A stretch of DNA of 64,000 nt from Alphaproteobacteria bacterium (GCA_965232515.1 CBDDPY010000002.1:7136001-7200000); one strand, 5' to 3'; shown: positions 49,350 through 58,567, numbered from the stretch's first letter. Notes: generated by a model from the letters alone, not told the origin. Numbers and translations are program-made.

Positions 49350-51595
49350 GACGCCGCCGCCGACACCAGCTCGACCGAGTTCCGATCGCAGGCCGCGACG
49401 ACGGATTCCTGACCCGGCAGTCGCACCTCGATCGGCGGCGGCGCGTCATGCCAGTCCGCCTGCCAGGAAACGACAGCCTTACCCTGGACCATCCCGATCT
49501 CGATTGTGACCGGTCCGAAGGCGGTCGGCGCCGGCCCGAAGCTTATCGTCTGCCCGTCGACGAGCCAATCGGGCGCAACGCCTGCCGCCAGCACCAGTCG
49601 GTCCCCTTCCTCCCGGACGAAGCAGTTGCGCACCATCAGCAGCCATTCGGCGGCCGCCCAGACATGCTGGCCGTCGCCCATGCAGCCGCCGCCGGTGGCC
49701 GGATGGATGGCTTCGGGCCATTGCCCGGTCGGCGATGCCAGGTTGATGACTGTCGCCAGCATGTCGACGAAGCGCGGATCGCCGGCCCGCAGCAGCACCT
49801 GCGCCAGATGCAGCGTGAGATAGGGATTGATGCCGGAATGCACCATGTCCTGGAAGAGACCGCCGTCGACAAGGCAGTTTTCGAGCAGGAACTCGGCCGT
49901 GGTCAGCAGGCGCGGATCGTCGGGGTCGCAGAGCTGCAATGGATACCCCATCACCAGCGATCCGATGGCGCCGGAATCGAGACGGCGGTAGGGCGAAGCC
50001 GGCATCGCCGCCGTGCCGAGGCGCTTGGCGGCCCGGTCAAGGCTGGCGTCGACGTCACGACGGAACGCCTCTGCCTGATCGAGCAGTCGAGCCGCCTCGT
50101 CATCGTCGCCGATTTTTCGGAGGAGGTCTGCCGCGGCGTTGAGGCCGGCGATGCCCCAGAAATCATCCCAGTAATAGTAGTCGTTCGGTCCGAGATGCTC
50201 GGCGCTGAAGCCGGCCGGCAGCAACCCCGCGTGCGGGGCGTCAACCTCGCGGCTCAGGCGCTTGCGGCAGATCCATCGCGCACCCCTTCGGATGGGTTTC
50301 CGCCAATCCGTTTTCGGGGCCCGGCCCGTTAGCGCGCAGAAGCGCTGCATCGTCCAGAGCGCTTCGCCGTTCGAATCCCATTCTCCGTCCTGCGAATGAA
50401 AATAGCCGCCCGCGGTCTGCCGGCCCGGGAAGCGGTCGATGGCGCGCTCGGCCCGATCGTTCAGGCCAACCGCGAGCAGAGCGTGGACAAGGAAGGCCGC
50501 GTCGCGGAACCAGAACCGTTTGTAGGTGTAGGGCCCGGGATAGACGTCGCCGGGCGCGTGCAGAACGAGCGTTCGCACGGCCGCATCATAAAGGTACTGC
50601 ACACGGCGGTCGCCGATCGAGAGGCGGCAGGTTGGCGCCAGAACGGCCGGCCAGCCGTTCGTCTTCGCCGTCGTCGCCGTTCGGTCCATCGTCAGCGGCA
50701 CCTTGGCGGTGATCTGGTGCGGATGCTCGTCGTCGACCCGGAATAAGGCCGCGGCGGTAACCATGCCGATATCGCAAACCCCGTCCTGCTGCTCGTCCAG
50801 GTCCCGCAGGTGGATATAAACGTCGCCCGCGCGATAGTCCGAGACGTGATGACTGTCGACCGGCCGGTCAAACGCCACGGTGCCGCCGTCCTCGATCTGC
50901 CAGATCTGCCGGTCGTCCGACAGTGAGACGCGATGAACCAGGCCGATGCCTTCGGGGTTGTAGGGACGCAGGCTGACGACCAGCCAGCCTGGGCCGGCAA
51001 CCTTCGCGTGGAGCTGCAGCCGGCATGTCGGTACGCCGTTTTCGAGTTGAACGTCGGCGCGGGTGCGCAAGCTGCCGGCATCGCCGGCGACGTCGGTCTG
51101 CACCGCCAGCCCGTCATCGAAGTCCAGTTGCTGGTAGGCCTCCTCGACCCGGGAAGGCAACACGAGCCGGCCATCGTCGGTCATCAGCCAGGCATCGAGC
51201 GACCACTGGTCGTAGTGCGGCGTGACCAGGCCGCGCGGATCGACAATCGGCAGCTCGGGACAGTCCGGCCAGCCGATCGCCGTCCAGTTGCGATGCGTCA
51301 GGTTGATGTGCGTGATCGAGAAGGAGCGCGGGACAAAGGCCGGGTCCCCCGGATCGAACTGGCGCTCGACCCAGTAGGGCCAGACCCAGTCGAGATTGTG
51401 CTGAATCACGCGGGCGTTGATCAGGCCGCGCGCATGCAGCACGGCGCCGGCCCGCAGCAGCTCAACCGGCTCGGTCACCTCCGACGGCTGGGCGAACCGA
51501 TTGAGCCGGGCGAGCAGCGCGATCGGATCCAGGAACCCGTGCGTGCGCGCGGTCCGGCGGACAACGAAACGCCAGGGCAACCATTTCCACCAAAT
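49346..51595 (-). CDS. Six-hairpin (alpha/alpha)6 glycosidase-like protein (GH15/GH65-like)
   Basis: YKRFWFRDAAF, DGEWDSNG, SAEHLG..DYYYWDDFW and GQWPEAIH...GDGQH.W. The start is either TTG 51580 or ATT 51595. Confidence 0.7.
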   Translation of the reverse strand: MWWKWLPWRFVVRRTARTHGFLDPIALLARLNRFAQPSEVTEPVELLRAGAVLHARGLINARVIQHNLDWVWPYWVERQFDPGDPAFVPRSFSITHINLTHRNWTAIGWPDCPELPIVDPRGLVTPHYDQWSLDAWLMTDDGRLVLPSRVEEAYQQLDFDDGLAVQTDVAGDAGSLRTRADVQLENGVPTCRLQLHAKVAGPGWLVVSLRPYNPEGIGLVHRVSLSDDRQIWQIEDGGTVAFDRPVDSHHVSDYRAGDVYIHLRDLDEQQDGVCDIGMVTAAALFRVDDEHPHQITAKVPLTMDRTATTAKTNGWPAVLAPTCRLSIGDRRVQYLYDAAVRTLVLHAPGDVYPGPYTYKRFWFRDAAFLVHALLAVGLNDRAERAIDRFPGRQTAGGYFHSQDGEWDSNGEALWTMQRFCALTGRAPKTDWRKPIRRGARWICRKRLSREVDAPHAGLLPAGFSAEHLGPNDYYYWDDFWGIAGLNAAADLLRKIGDDDEAARLLDQAEAFRRDVDASLDRAAKRLGTAAMPASPYRRLDSGAIGSLVMGYPLQLCDPDDPRLLTTAEFLLENCLVDGGLFQDMVHSGINPYLTLHLAQVLLRAGDPRFVDMLATVINLASPTGQWPEAIHPATGGGCMGDGQHVWAAAEWLLMVRNCFVREEGDRLVLAAGVAPDWLVDGQTISFGPAPTAFGPVTIEIGMVQGKAVVSWQADWHDAPPPIEVRLPGQESVVAACDRNSVELVSAAAS

Positions 51596-51714
51596 AACAG
51601 CCTACCTCCCGATCATGTTTGAGATCGTGCCGTTGAGGTCACATTAGCGACGTCAACCGGATTCCGCCCGATCCTCTCGGCCAATCAGCTTCGCCAGCCC
51701 GAAGCACAGCATCG

Positions 51715-51728
51715 TTGACGCAAGTCAA
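51715..51728. promoter_or_regulatory. Fnr/FixK-like box TTGAC-GCAA-GTCAA upstream of the glycosidase operon
   Basis: Perfect TTGAC-N4-GTCAA palindrome in intergenic DNA. Confidence 0.7.
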
Positions 51729-51868
51729 TCGGACGCGATGCCGCCCCGCGAATTACGTTTTGGCGACCGGGCTCACGGCGGTGGATGGCGCATCATGGTG
51801 TCCTTTTCCGGAAACCGTTGGGATGGAACTGCTTCGACGTCACAAGAAGGCGCTCGAGGGAGAACCAA

Positions 51869-52612
51869 CTAGTCGTTCTGTGCACCCTCGGCGGCGTCGT
51901 TCAGGGCGTCTTGATCCAGAACGGTGATCAGCCGTGGCTTCGGAACTTCGACAATGCCCTCGTCGACAAGCTGGGCGAGGGCGCGACCGACGGTTTCGAG
52001 CCGCAAACCGAGATAGTCGGCGATTTCGGCGCGGCCAAGCGGCAGAACGATGGACGTGGACCGGTCGCCGGCTTGCTGTTGTCGGAACTGAAGCATCAGC
52101 AGAAGCGATGCGACCCGTTGCGTCGCGCTCAAACGCCCGAGCAGCAGGACATGGTCGCGTGCCGCGGCGAGTTCGTGGGATGCAAATTGCAGGAGCCGAT
52201 GCTCGATTTCGGGAAAGTCGGCGCAATGGTCCCGGAGCTCAAGCCGCGAGAACCGGCACAGTGCAACCTTTCCCACGGGCTCGGCCGAATAGTTGTATGT
52301 ACCGTCGGTGGCCAGGCCGAGAAAATCCCCGGCGAACAGCAGACCGGTTATCTGCCGTCGCCCGTCCCGCAGCAGTTTCGACAAGATGACGACGCCGTCG
52401 GTGATCACATAGACGAATTCGGCCTTGTCCGCTTCGAGGAAGATGTGTCTTGGCGCATTGATCTCGATGCGTTGAACAATCGCGTCGAGCCGATACAAAT
52501 CTTCAATTCTGTGCGCCGCGCAGATGGTCCTGCCGCGAACCGGGCAGGTGTGACAGATCGTGGAATGCGCCACCCCGGTTTGACCGCGCACGACAGGCCG
52601 TTCGTCTGCCAT
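51869..52612 (-). CDS. Crp/Fnr-family O2-sensing regulator (FnrL/AadR-like)
   Basis: N-terminal C-x2-C-x7-C (CHTCPVRGRTIC) plus internal Cys (ALCRF); DGRRQITG, AGDFLG and the HTH EIADYLGLRLETVGR; AGGAGG RBS. Confidence 0.88.
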   Translation of the reverse strand: MADERPVVRGQTGVAHSTICHTCPVRGRTICAAHRIEDLYRLDAIVQRIEINAPRHIFLEADKAEFVYVITDGVVILSKLLRDGRRQITGLLFAGDFLGLATDGTYNYSAEPVGKVALCRFSRLELRDHCADFPEIEHRLLQFASHELAAARDHVLLLGRLSATQRVASLLLMLQFRQQQAGDRSTSIVLPLGRAEIADYLGLRLETVGRALAQLVDEGIVEVPKPRLITVLDQDALNDAAEGAQND

Positions 52613-52756
52613 ACGCGATCCCTCCTCCTTGCATGACATTTGTGGATAGCCGGACTCAGACTGGCGCTCCCGACGTGGCCGCAGCTGCATTCCCGGTCGA
52701 GACATTGCCTGACGTCACAGCTCTACGCATTTTCGGCTTAGCCGCGACGAAAGATC

Positions 52757-52820
52757 TTGAGGTACGTCAACGCGGAAGCGGAACGTTGTCGATGTCTCGA
52801 CAAAGCTTGATGCGCGTCAA
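52757..52820. promoter_or_regulatory. Two Fnr-like boxes (TTGAG-GTAC-GTCAA, 52757-52770; TTGAT-GCGC-GTCAA, 52807-52820) flanking the palindrome TTGTCGA-N4-TCGACAA (52786-52803)
   Basis: Read directly in the fnr/ppsA divergent region. Confidence 0.7.
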
Positions 52821-52892
52821 CGACAACGGGGCGGGTCGCGCGTTGTGTTGCCACGCACCGCAATGCATCACCGAGACGTTTCCCGCCGCCCC

Positions 52893-55292
52893 ATGTTCAC
52901 TTCGTCGAACCAACAGTTTGTCGTGCCGTTGTCCGACGTCGGCGCCGATATGGTCGCCCAGGTCGGCGGCAAGAATGCGTCGCTTGGAGAGATGATCTCC
53001 GCGCTTGCCGGGACCGGCGTTTCGGTGCCGGCAGGATTTGCCACCACCGCCGCGACCTATTGGGCGTTTCTCCAGGCGAACGACCTAACGGACCGGATCG
53101 CCGCAAAGCTGGCGGATCTCAAGCAGCGGCAGGCCCGGCTGGAAACGGTTGGGCGGGCGGTTCGTGGGATGATCCTGCGCGCCGAGATCCCAATGCCGAT
53201 CGCGCAAGCCATCGTGCAGGCCTATCGGGATCTCGCTGCAGGTTATGGTCGAAAGACGCTGGACGTTGCGGTTCGCAGCAGCGCAACGGCGGAAGACCTG
53301 CCGGAAGCAAGCTTCGCGGGACAGCAGGAGTCGTTCCTCAACATTCGCGGCGAGGCGGCGCTGATCGACGCCTGTCGGCGCTGTTTCGCCTCGCTGTTCA
53401 CCGACCGGGCGATCGCCTATCGCGAGACGCACGGCTTCGACCATATGTCGGTCGCGCTGTCGATCGGCGTGCAGAAGATGGTGCGGTCCGACAAGGCGGG
53501 CGCCGGCGTCATGTTCTCGATCGATACCGAGACCGGCTTTCCATCCGCGGTGCTGATCAACGCGGCCTGGGGCCTGGGCGAGACGGTCGTTCAGGGCGCG
53601 GTCGATCCCGACGAATACATGGTCTTCAAACCGCTGCTGACCGACGAACGTCTGGCGCCGATCATCGAGAAGAGCCTCGGCGCCAAGGACGCCAAGCTGG
53701 TCTACGGGCGCGGGAAACAGCAGGCGACGCGGCTGACGGCGACGTCGAAGGGTGAACGCCGATCCTTTGTGCTCGACGATGGTGAGATCCTGCAGCTGGC
53801 GCGCTGGGCCGTCGCCATCGAGGCGCATTACGGCCGGCCGATGGATATCGAATGGGCGAAGGACGGCGAGACCGGCGCGTTGTTCATCGTGCAGGCGCGC
53901 CCGGAGACCGTGCAGGCGCGCCGCGAGGCGGGCCACCTGAAGAGCTATGCGCTGCGCCGAAAGGGGAAGCGGTTGCTGATCGGCCTCAGCATCGGCGACG
54001 CCGTCGCCACGGGTCCCGTGTGCAAGCTGCGCAGTCCCGCCGAGATCGGGAAGTTCCAGGACCATGCGATCCTGGTGACCGGGACGACCGATCCGGACTG
54101 GGTGCCGATCATGAAGCGGGCCGCAGCGATCGTGACCGACCATGGTGGCCGAACCTCGCATGCCGCCATTGTCTGCCGCGAGCTTGGCCTGCCGGGCATT
54201 GTCGGCGCCGGCGACGCCACGCGGGTACTGCGTAACGGCCAGGCGGTGACCGTGTCGTGCGCCGAGGGCGAGCAGGGTTTCGTCTATGACGGCGTCGCCG
54301 AGATACGTGTCTCGGAGACCGCCATCGCCGATATTCCGGCGACCCGCACCAAGGTCATGCTGAATATGGCCAACCCGGCCGCGGCCGCGCGTTGGTGGCG
54401 ACTGCCGGCCGACGGCGTCGGCCTCGCCCGCATGGAATTCATCATCAACAACCACATCAAGATCCATCCCATGGCGCTGGCGCACTGGGATGCGCTGCGC
54501 GACCGGGCGGCGAGGGCCCAGATCGCCAAACTCACCGACGGCTTTGACGACAAGGCAGCCTATTTCGTCGACCGGCTGGCGAGCGGCATCGCCCAGATCG
54601 CGGCGCCGCATTGTCCGAACCCGGTGATCGTGCGGATGAGCGATTTCAAGACCAACGAGTACGCCAAGTTGATCGGCGGCGCCGGTTTCGAGCCGCGGGA
54701 GGAAAACCCCATGCTCGGATGGCGCGGCGCCAGCCGATACTACAGCCCGGGCTATCGCGACGGTTTCGCGCTCGAATGCCAGGCGATCCGCAAGGTGCGC
54801 GAGGTCATGGGCCTGACAAACGTGGTCGTCATGATCCCATTCTGCCGCACGCTGGGCGAGGCCGACCGCGTGCTTGAGGTGATGGCGGACCAGGGCCTGC
54901 GCCGCGGCGACAACGGCCTCGAGGTCTATGTCATGTGCGAGATTCCGTCGAACGTAATCCTGGCCGACGCCTTCGCCGAACGTTTCGACGGCTTCTCCAT
55001 CGGCAGCAACGACCTGACGCAGCTGACCTTGGGCGTCGACCGGGACTCGGAGGCGTTGTCCGACCTGTTCGACGAGTCGAACGCGGCGGTGACCACACTG
55101 ATCGAAAACGTGATCGCGGCGGCGCACCGGCACGACTGCAAGGTCGGCCTCTGCGGTCAGGCGCCCAGCAACCGGCCCGCATTCGCGGCGTTCCTGGTGT
55201 CGGCGGGGATCGACTCGATTTCGGTCACGCCCGACAGCTTCATGGCCGTGAAGCAGCATGTCGCGGCGGCCGAAGCCGACCTTTCGGCCTGA
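52893..55292 (+). CDS. ppsA: Phosphoenolpyruvate synthase
   Basis: VGGKNASLGEM, AVRSSATAEDLP.ASFAGQQ, phospho-His GGRTSHAAIV, NPMLGWRG and FSIGSNDLTQ. Confidence 0.95.
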   Translation: MFTSSNQQFVVPLSDVGADMVAQVGGKNASLGEMISALAGTGVSVPAGFATTAATYWAFLQANDLTDRIAAKLADLKQRQARLETVGRAVRGMILRAEIPMPIAQAIVQAYRDLAAGYGRKTLDVAVRSSATAEDLPEASFAGQQESFLNIRGEAALIDACRRCFASLFTDRAIAYRETHGFDHMSVALSIGVQKMVRSDKAGAGVMFSIDTETGFPSAVLINAAWGLGETVVQGAVDPDEYMVFKPLLTDERLAPIIEKSLGAKDAKLVYGRGKQQATRLTATSKGERRSFVLDDGEILQLARWAVAIEAHYGRPMDIEWAKDGETGALFIVQARPETVQARREAGHLKSYALRRKGKRLLIGLSIGDAVATGPVCKLRSPAEIGKFQDHAILVTGTTDPDWVPIMKRAAAIVTDHGGRTSHAAIVCRELGLPGIVGAGDATRVLRNGQAVTVSCAEGEQGFVYDGVAEIRVSETAIADIPATRTKVMLNMANPAAAARWWRLPADGVGLARMEFIINNHIKIHPMALAHWDALRDRAARAQIAKLTDGFDDKAAYFVDRLASGIAQIAAPHCPNPVIVRMSDFKTNEYAKLIGGAGFEPREENPMLGWRGASRYYSPGYRDGFALECQAIRKVREVMGLTNVVVMIPFCRTLGEADRVLEVMADQGLRRGDNGLEVYVMCEIPSNVILADAFAERFDGFSIGSNDLTQLTLGVDRDSEALSDLFDESNAAVTTLIENVIAAAHRHDCKVGLCGQAPSNRPAFAAFLVSAGIDSISVTPDSFMAVKQHVAAAEADLSA

Positions 55293-55341
55293 TCACGATT
55301 GGCGCTTGCCGGCGCGCACGGTCGGCTTTCGGTGTTCAACG

Positions 55342-55355
55342 TTGAGTTACGTCAA
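55342..55355. promoter_or_regulatory. Fnr-like box TTGAG-TTAC-GTCAA upstream of hsp20
   Basis: Intergenic TTGA-N6-TCAA palindrome. Confidence 0.62.
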
Positions 55356-55442
55356 AAAGCAGCCGCGCGATTGGCGTTATTACGGTGAGGACTTGGGCGA
55401 CAAAGAGTGACCGAGCAAAGCACGACGCCGATGGAGGGATCT

Positions 55443-55997
55443 ATGGCGAAGCAGCCCGTAAAGACAGCAACCAGATCAGAGTCAATGTCCGCTAAGGCCG
55501 CACCGCCGGCAACTTCGGAATCCGCCGGCGACCGGATCGTTGGCCTGCGCCGGGAGATGGACCGGCTGTTCGACAATTTCCTGGGCGGATTTCCAGCCTC
55601 GCCGTTTGCACGGCCGGGCGCCGGGCTCGAGCCGTTTACGCCGCTGGGCCGTTTCTTCGGCGCGACGACGCCGGCCGTCGACCTGGTCGAGAAGGAAAAG
55701 GCGTTCCAACTGTCGGCCGAGCTGCCGGGCATGGACGAGGGGGACATCGACGTGACGCTCTCGAACGACATGCTGACGATCAAGGGCGAGAAGAAGGAAG
55801 AACACGAGGAGAAGGAGGAAGGCCGCTATCTGTCAGAGCGGCGCTACGGTTCGTTCGAGCGCGCCTTCCGAATGCCCGATGGCGTCGACCGGGACAAGAT
55901 CGATGCGCAGTTCGATAAGGGCATTCTGACGCTGACTCTGCCAAAGACGAAGGAGGCTCAGAAACGCAGCCGCAAGATCGCCGTGAAGGCCAAATAG
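55443..55997 (+). CDS. Hsp20/alpha-crystallin small heat shock protein
   Basis: AELPGM, LTIKGEK, ERRYGSFER and GILTLTLPK. Confidence 0.92.
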   Translation: MAKQPVKTATRSESMSAKAAPPATSESAGDRIVGLRREMDRLFDNFLGGFPASPFARPGAGLEPFTPLGRFFGATTPAVDLVEKEKAFQLSAELPGMDEGDIDVTLSNDMLTIKGEKKEEHEEKEEGRYLSERRYGSFERAFRMPDGVDRDKIDAQFDKGILTLTLPKTKEAQKRSRKIAVKAK

Positions 55998-56059
55998 GCC
56001 GGCCGCGCCGCCGCATCTTTCCGGTACCGACGCCGGCCGGATGGCGCCGGGGTTTCGGC

Positions 56060-56956
56060 TTGTTGCTGTGCTGGGCGGCGTCGGCCTGCGTGGCGGCCGG
56101 CGTCGCCGAGCCGCGGTGGGACGTACCGGATCTGATCGGCGAGGCGGCGCAGCACGTCACCAGCGAAGACGATACGCTGATCGATCTCGCACGGCGCTTT
56201 GGCGTCGGCTTCGTCGAGCTGGTGGCGGCGAACCCGGGCGTCGATCCCTGGCTGCCCGGCGAGGGGACCCGCCTCGAGCTGCCGACACGCCACGTGTTGC
56301 CATCGGCGCCGCGCGAGGGCCTGGTGATTAACCTCGCCGAGCAGCGCCTCTATTTCTTTCCGCCGACGACGGCGGCCGTCCAGACATACCCGATCAGCAG
56401 CGGCGGGCGAGGCTGCGAAACGCCGCTTGGGCTGACCCACATCGCCCGCAAACGGTCCGATCCGTCCTGGACCCCGCCGGAGTCGATCCGGCGGGAGCGG
56501 CCGGAGCTGCCGGCGGTCGTGCCGCCCGGACCGGACAACCCGCTGGGCAAGTTCGCCCTTGACCTGGGCTGGTCCGGCTACGTCATTCACGGCACCAACA
56601 GGCCGTTTGGCATCGGGCGGCGGGTCAGCCATGGCTGCATCCGTATGTATCCGGAAGACGTCGGGCGTTTGTTTCCGCAGGTCGCCGTCGGCACACCGGT
56701 GCGGATCGTCGACCAGACGGTCAAGCTGGGCTGGTACGCCGGCGACCTTTATCTCGAGGTGCACCCCAGCCAATGGCAAATTGACGAACTGGAGGCGACC
56801 GGGCGGCTCACGGACCGTGCCCCGCCGCCCTTGTCGGGATGGATTCGGGCAACGGCCGGCGCCGAAGCGGCGCGTCTCGACTGGACGTTGATAAACGCGG
56901 TGGCCGCCGAACGCCGCGGCCTGCCCACGCGGATCACGAGGCCGCGGCCGGACTGA
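56060..56956 (+). CDS. L,D-transpeptidase, ErfK/YbiS/YcfS type (LysM-like, YkuD and C-terminal domains)
   Basis: ANPGVDPWLP, VINLAEQRLY, GPDNPLG, catalytic IHGT...SHGCIRM and LYLEVH. The start is uncertain. Confidence 0.9.
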   Translation: MLLCWAASACVAAGVAEPRWDVPDLIGEAAQHVTSEDDTLIDLARRFGVGFVELVAANPGVDPWLPGEGTRLELPTRHVLPSAPREGLVINLAEQRLYFFPPTTAAVQTYPISSGGRGCETPLGLTHIARKRSDPSWTPPESIRRERPELPAVVPPGPDNPLGKFALDLGWSGYVIHGTNRPFGIGRRVSHGCIRMYPEDVGRLFPQVAVGTPVRIVDQTVKLGWYAGDLYLEVHPSQWQIDELEATGRLTDRAPPPLSGWIRATAGAEAARLDWTLINAVAAERRGLPTRITRPRPD

Positions 56957-57003
56957 GCGGTTTGCCGGCCGCCGTCACCTCGTGAGGGCTTCGGGGTCGG
57001 TGG

Positions 57004-57291
57004 CTACTTGCGAAGCGATTGTTGGTAGACGCGATCGGCTTTTTCCGCCGCGGCGGCCGCATCTGCGGCGGCCTGTTTTGCCGCCAACTCGGCGGCGTCC
57101 GCCCGTCGCTCGGCTTCGCTGGCCGTGCCGGCGGCCGATGCCGCGCGTTGTTCCGCCGCTGCCGCGCTGGATTGCGCGCCGGACACGGCGGCGCGGAGTT
57201 CATTGATTTCTTCCTGCGTCGCACAGCCCGCCAATAGCAACGCCGCGCCCGCCAGCATCGGCAGAAGCAACCGTCGTCCTGATTTCTGCAT
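57004..57291 (-). CDS. Lpp/OprI-like alanine-zipper lipoprotein
   Basis: Lipobox LAGC, Ala-rich coiled coil and C-terminal ...QQSLRK; GAGGAGG RBS. Confidence 0.8.
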   Translation of the reverse strand: MQKSGRRLLLPMLAGAALLLAGCATQEEINELRAAVSGAQSSAAAAEQRAASAAGTASEAERRADAAELAAKQAAADAAAAAEKADRVYQQSLRK

Positions 57292-57402
57292 CACGCCCTC
57301 CTCGATTAGCGAATTCGATAAGTGCGTGCGTCTGACAGCGCTGCGATGCCGGTCGACGCACGTCATGGCCGTCAGATGTCGCGTAGATCAAGGTTTGCTG
57401 AA

Positions 57403-57416
57403 ATGACCTAGGTCAA
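57403..57416. promoter_or_regulatory. Fnr-like box ATGAC-CTAG-GTCAA between the lipoprotein and rpoH
   Basis: One mismatch to TTGAC-N4-GTCAA; intergenic. Confidence 0.5.
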
Positions 57417-57520
57417 CCGCGACTGACGACGGGCGTCGGTCAGATCGATGCACGGCCGCAATCGATGAACGAGACGATCTTGTCGTCGCAAAACCAACGA
57501 CTTCGGATCGTTTGGCTGGC

Positions 57521-57548
57521 CTTGAAATGTTCGGATTTCGTTCTAAAT
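57521..57548 (+). promoter_or_regulatory. Candidate RpoH-type promoter CTTGAA-N16-CTAAAT upstream of rpoH
   Basis: Resembles the alphaproteobacterial sigma32 consensus CTTGAA-N15/17-CCTATAT. Confidence 0.45.
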
Positions 57549-57724
57549 AGTATACCAACCAGGATGCCGTTTTCGGTATCTACGTTGACAGGCTGCCCGC
57601 CTGCGACCGCATTCCAATGACAGTGAATCGACGGACGGCCGGGCGGCTTTTTCCGAGAAAATACAAGCCGTTAGGCGTTGATGCGCGGACATCGAGCCGT
57701 GCAGACAGGTTGCGAGGTGCAGGC

Positions 57725-58558
57725 ATGACTTCGACGTTGACCCATCATCTGAACGACGCGCGTCGATACGCGCTGCTGAGCGCCGAGGAAGAGCAGGAAC
57801 TGGCGCGGCGCTGGCAGGAGGGCGCCGATGAAGCAGCGCTCGAGCGTCTGATCGGCAGCCATCTGCGTCTGGTGATCAAGATCGCCAAGGGTTTTCAGGG
57901 CTATGGCGTGCCGTTGGAAGATCTGATCGCCGAGGGCAAGGTCGGTCTCATGCAGGCGGCGCACAAGTTCGAGCCGGCGCGCCAGTTCCGCTTCTCGACC
58001 TACGCCATGTGGTGGATCCGGGCGGCGCTGCTGGAACACGTGATGCGCGCCTCGTCGCTGGTGCGTCTCGGCACGACGGCGGCGCAGAAGAAGCTGTTCT
58101 TCAACCTGCGGCGATTGAAGGCCGCCAATGACGAGTTCGGCTACGGCGACCTGCCGCCGGAGACCGTGTCGGCCATCGCCCAGGAATTGGATGTGTCCGA
58201 GGACGAGGTCGTCGAGATGAACCGGCGCCTGAGCGCCGTCGACCGTTCGCTGAATGCGCCCGTCGGCGAAGGTGATGGCGAAGGCCTCGACTTCCTGGTC
58301 GACGAGACGGAGGATCCGGAGGCCGTGTTGCTGGCCGAGGACGAGACGGCCAGACGGCGCCGGCGGTTGCATGACGCCCTGCAAACCTTGAAGCCGCGGG
58401 AGCGGGAGATCGTCACCGAGCGTCGTCTGAAAGAGGATCGGCCGACCCTGCAGATATTGAGCGAGCGTTACGGCGTCTCGCGAGAGCGCATCCGCCAGAT
58501 CGAGACCAACGCCGTTCAGAAGTTGAGCAAGACATTGCTGGCGCAGGACGCCGCCTGA
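57725..58558 (+). CDS. rpoH: RNA polymerase sigma-32 factor
   Basis: SHLRLV, RFSTYAMWWIRA, RpoH box QKKLFFNLR and GVSRERIRQIE. Confidence 0.9.
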   Translation: MTSTLTHHLNDARRYALLSAEEEQELARRWQEGADEAALERLIGSHLRLVIKIAKGFQGYGVPLEDLIAEGKVGLMQAAHKFEPARQFRFSTYAMWWIRAALLEHVMRASSLVRLGTTAAQKKLFFNLRRLKAANDEFGYGDLPPETVSAIAQELDVSEDEVVEMNRRLSAVDRSLNAPVGEGDGEGLDFLVDETEDPEAVLLAEDETARRRRRLHDALQTLKPREREIVTERRLKEDRPTLQILSERYGVSRERIRQIETNAVQKLSKTLLAQDAA

Positions 58559-58567
58559 TCCTGATTG

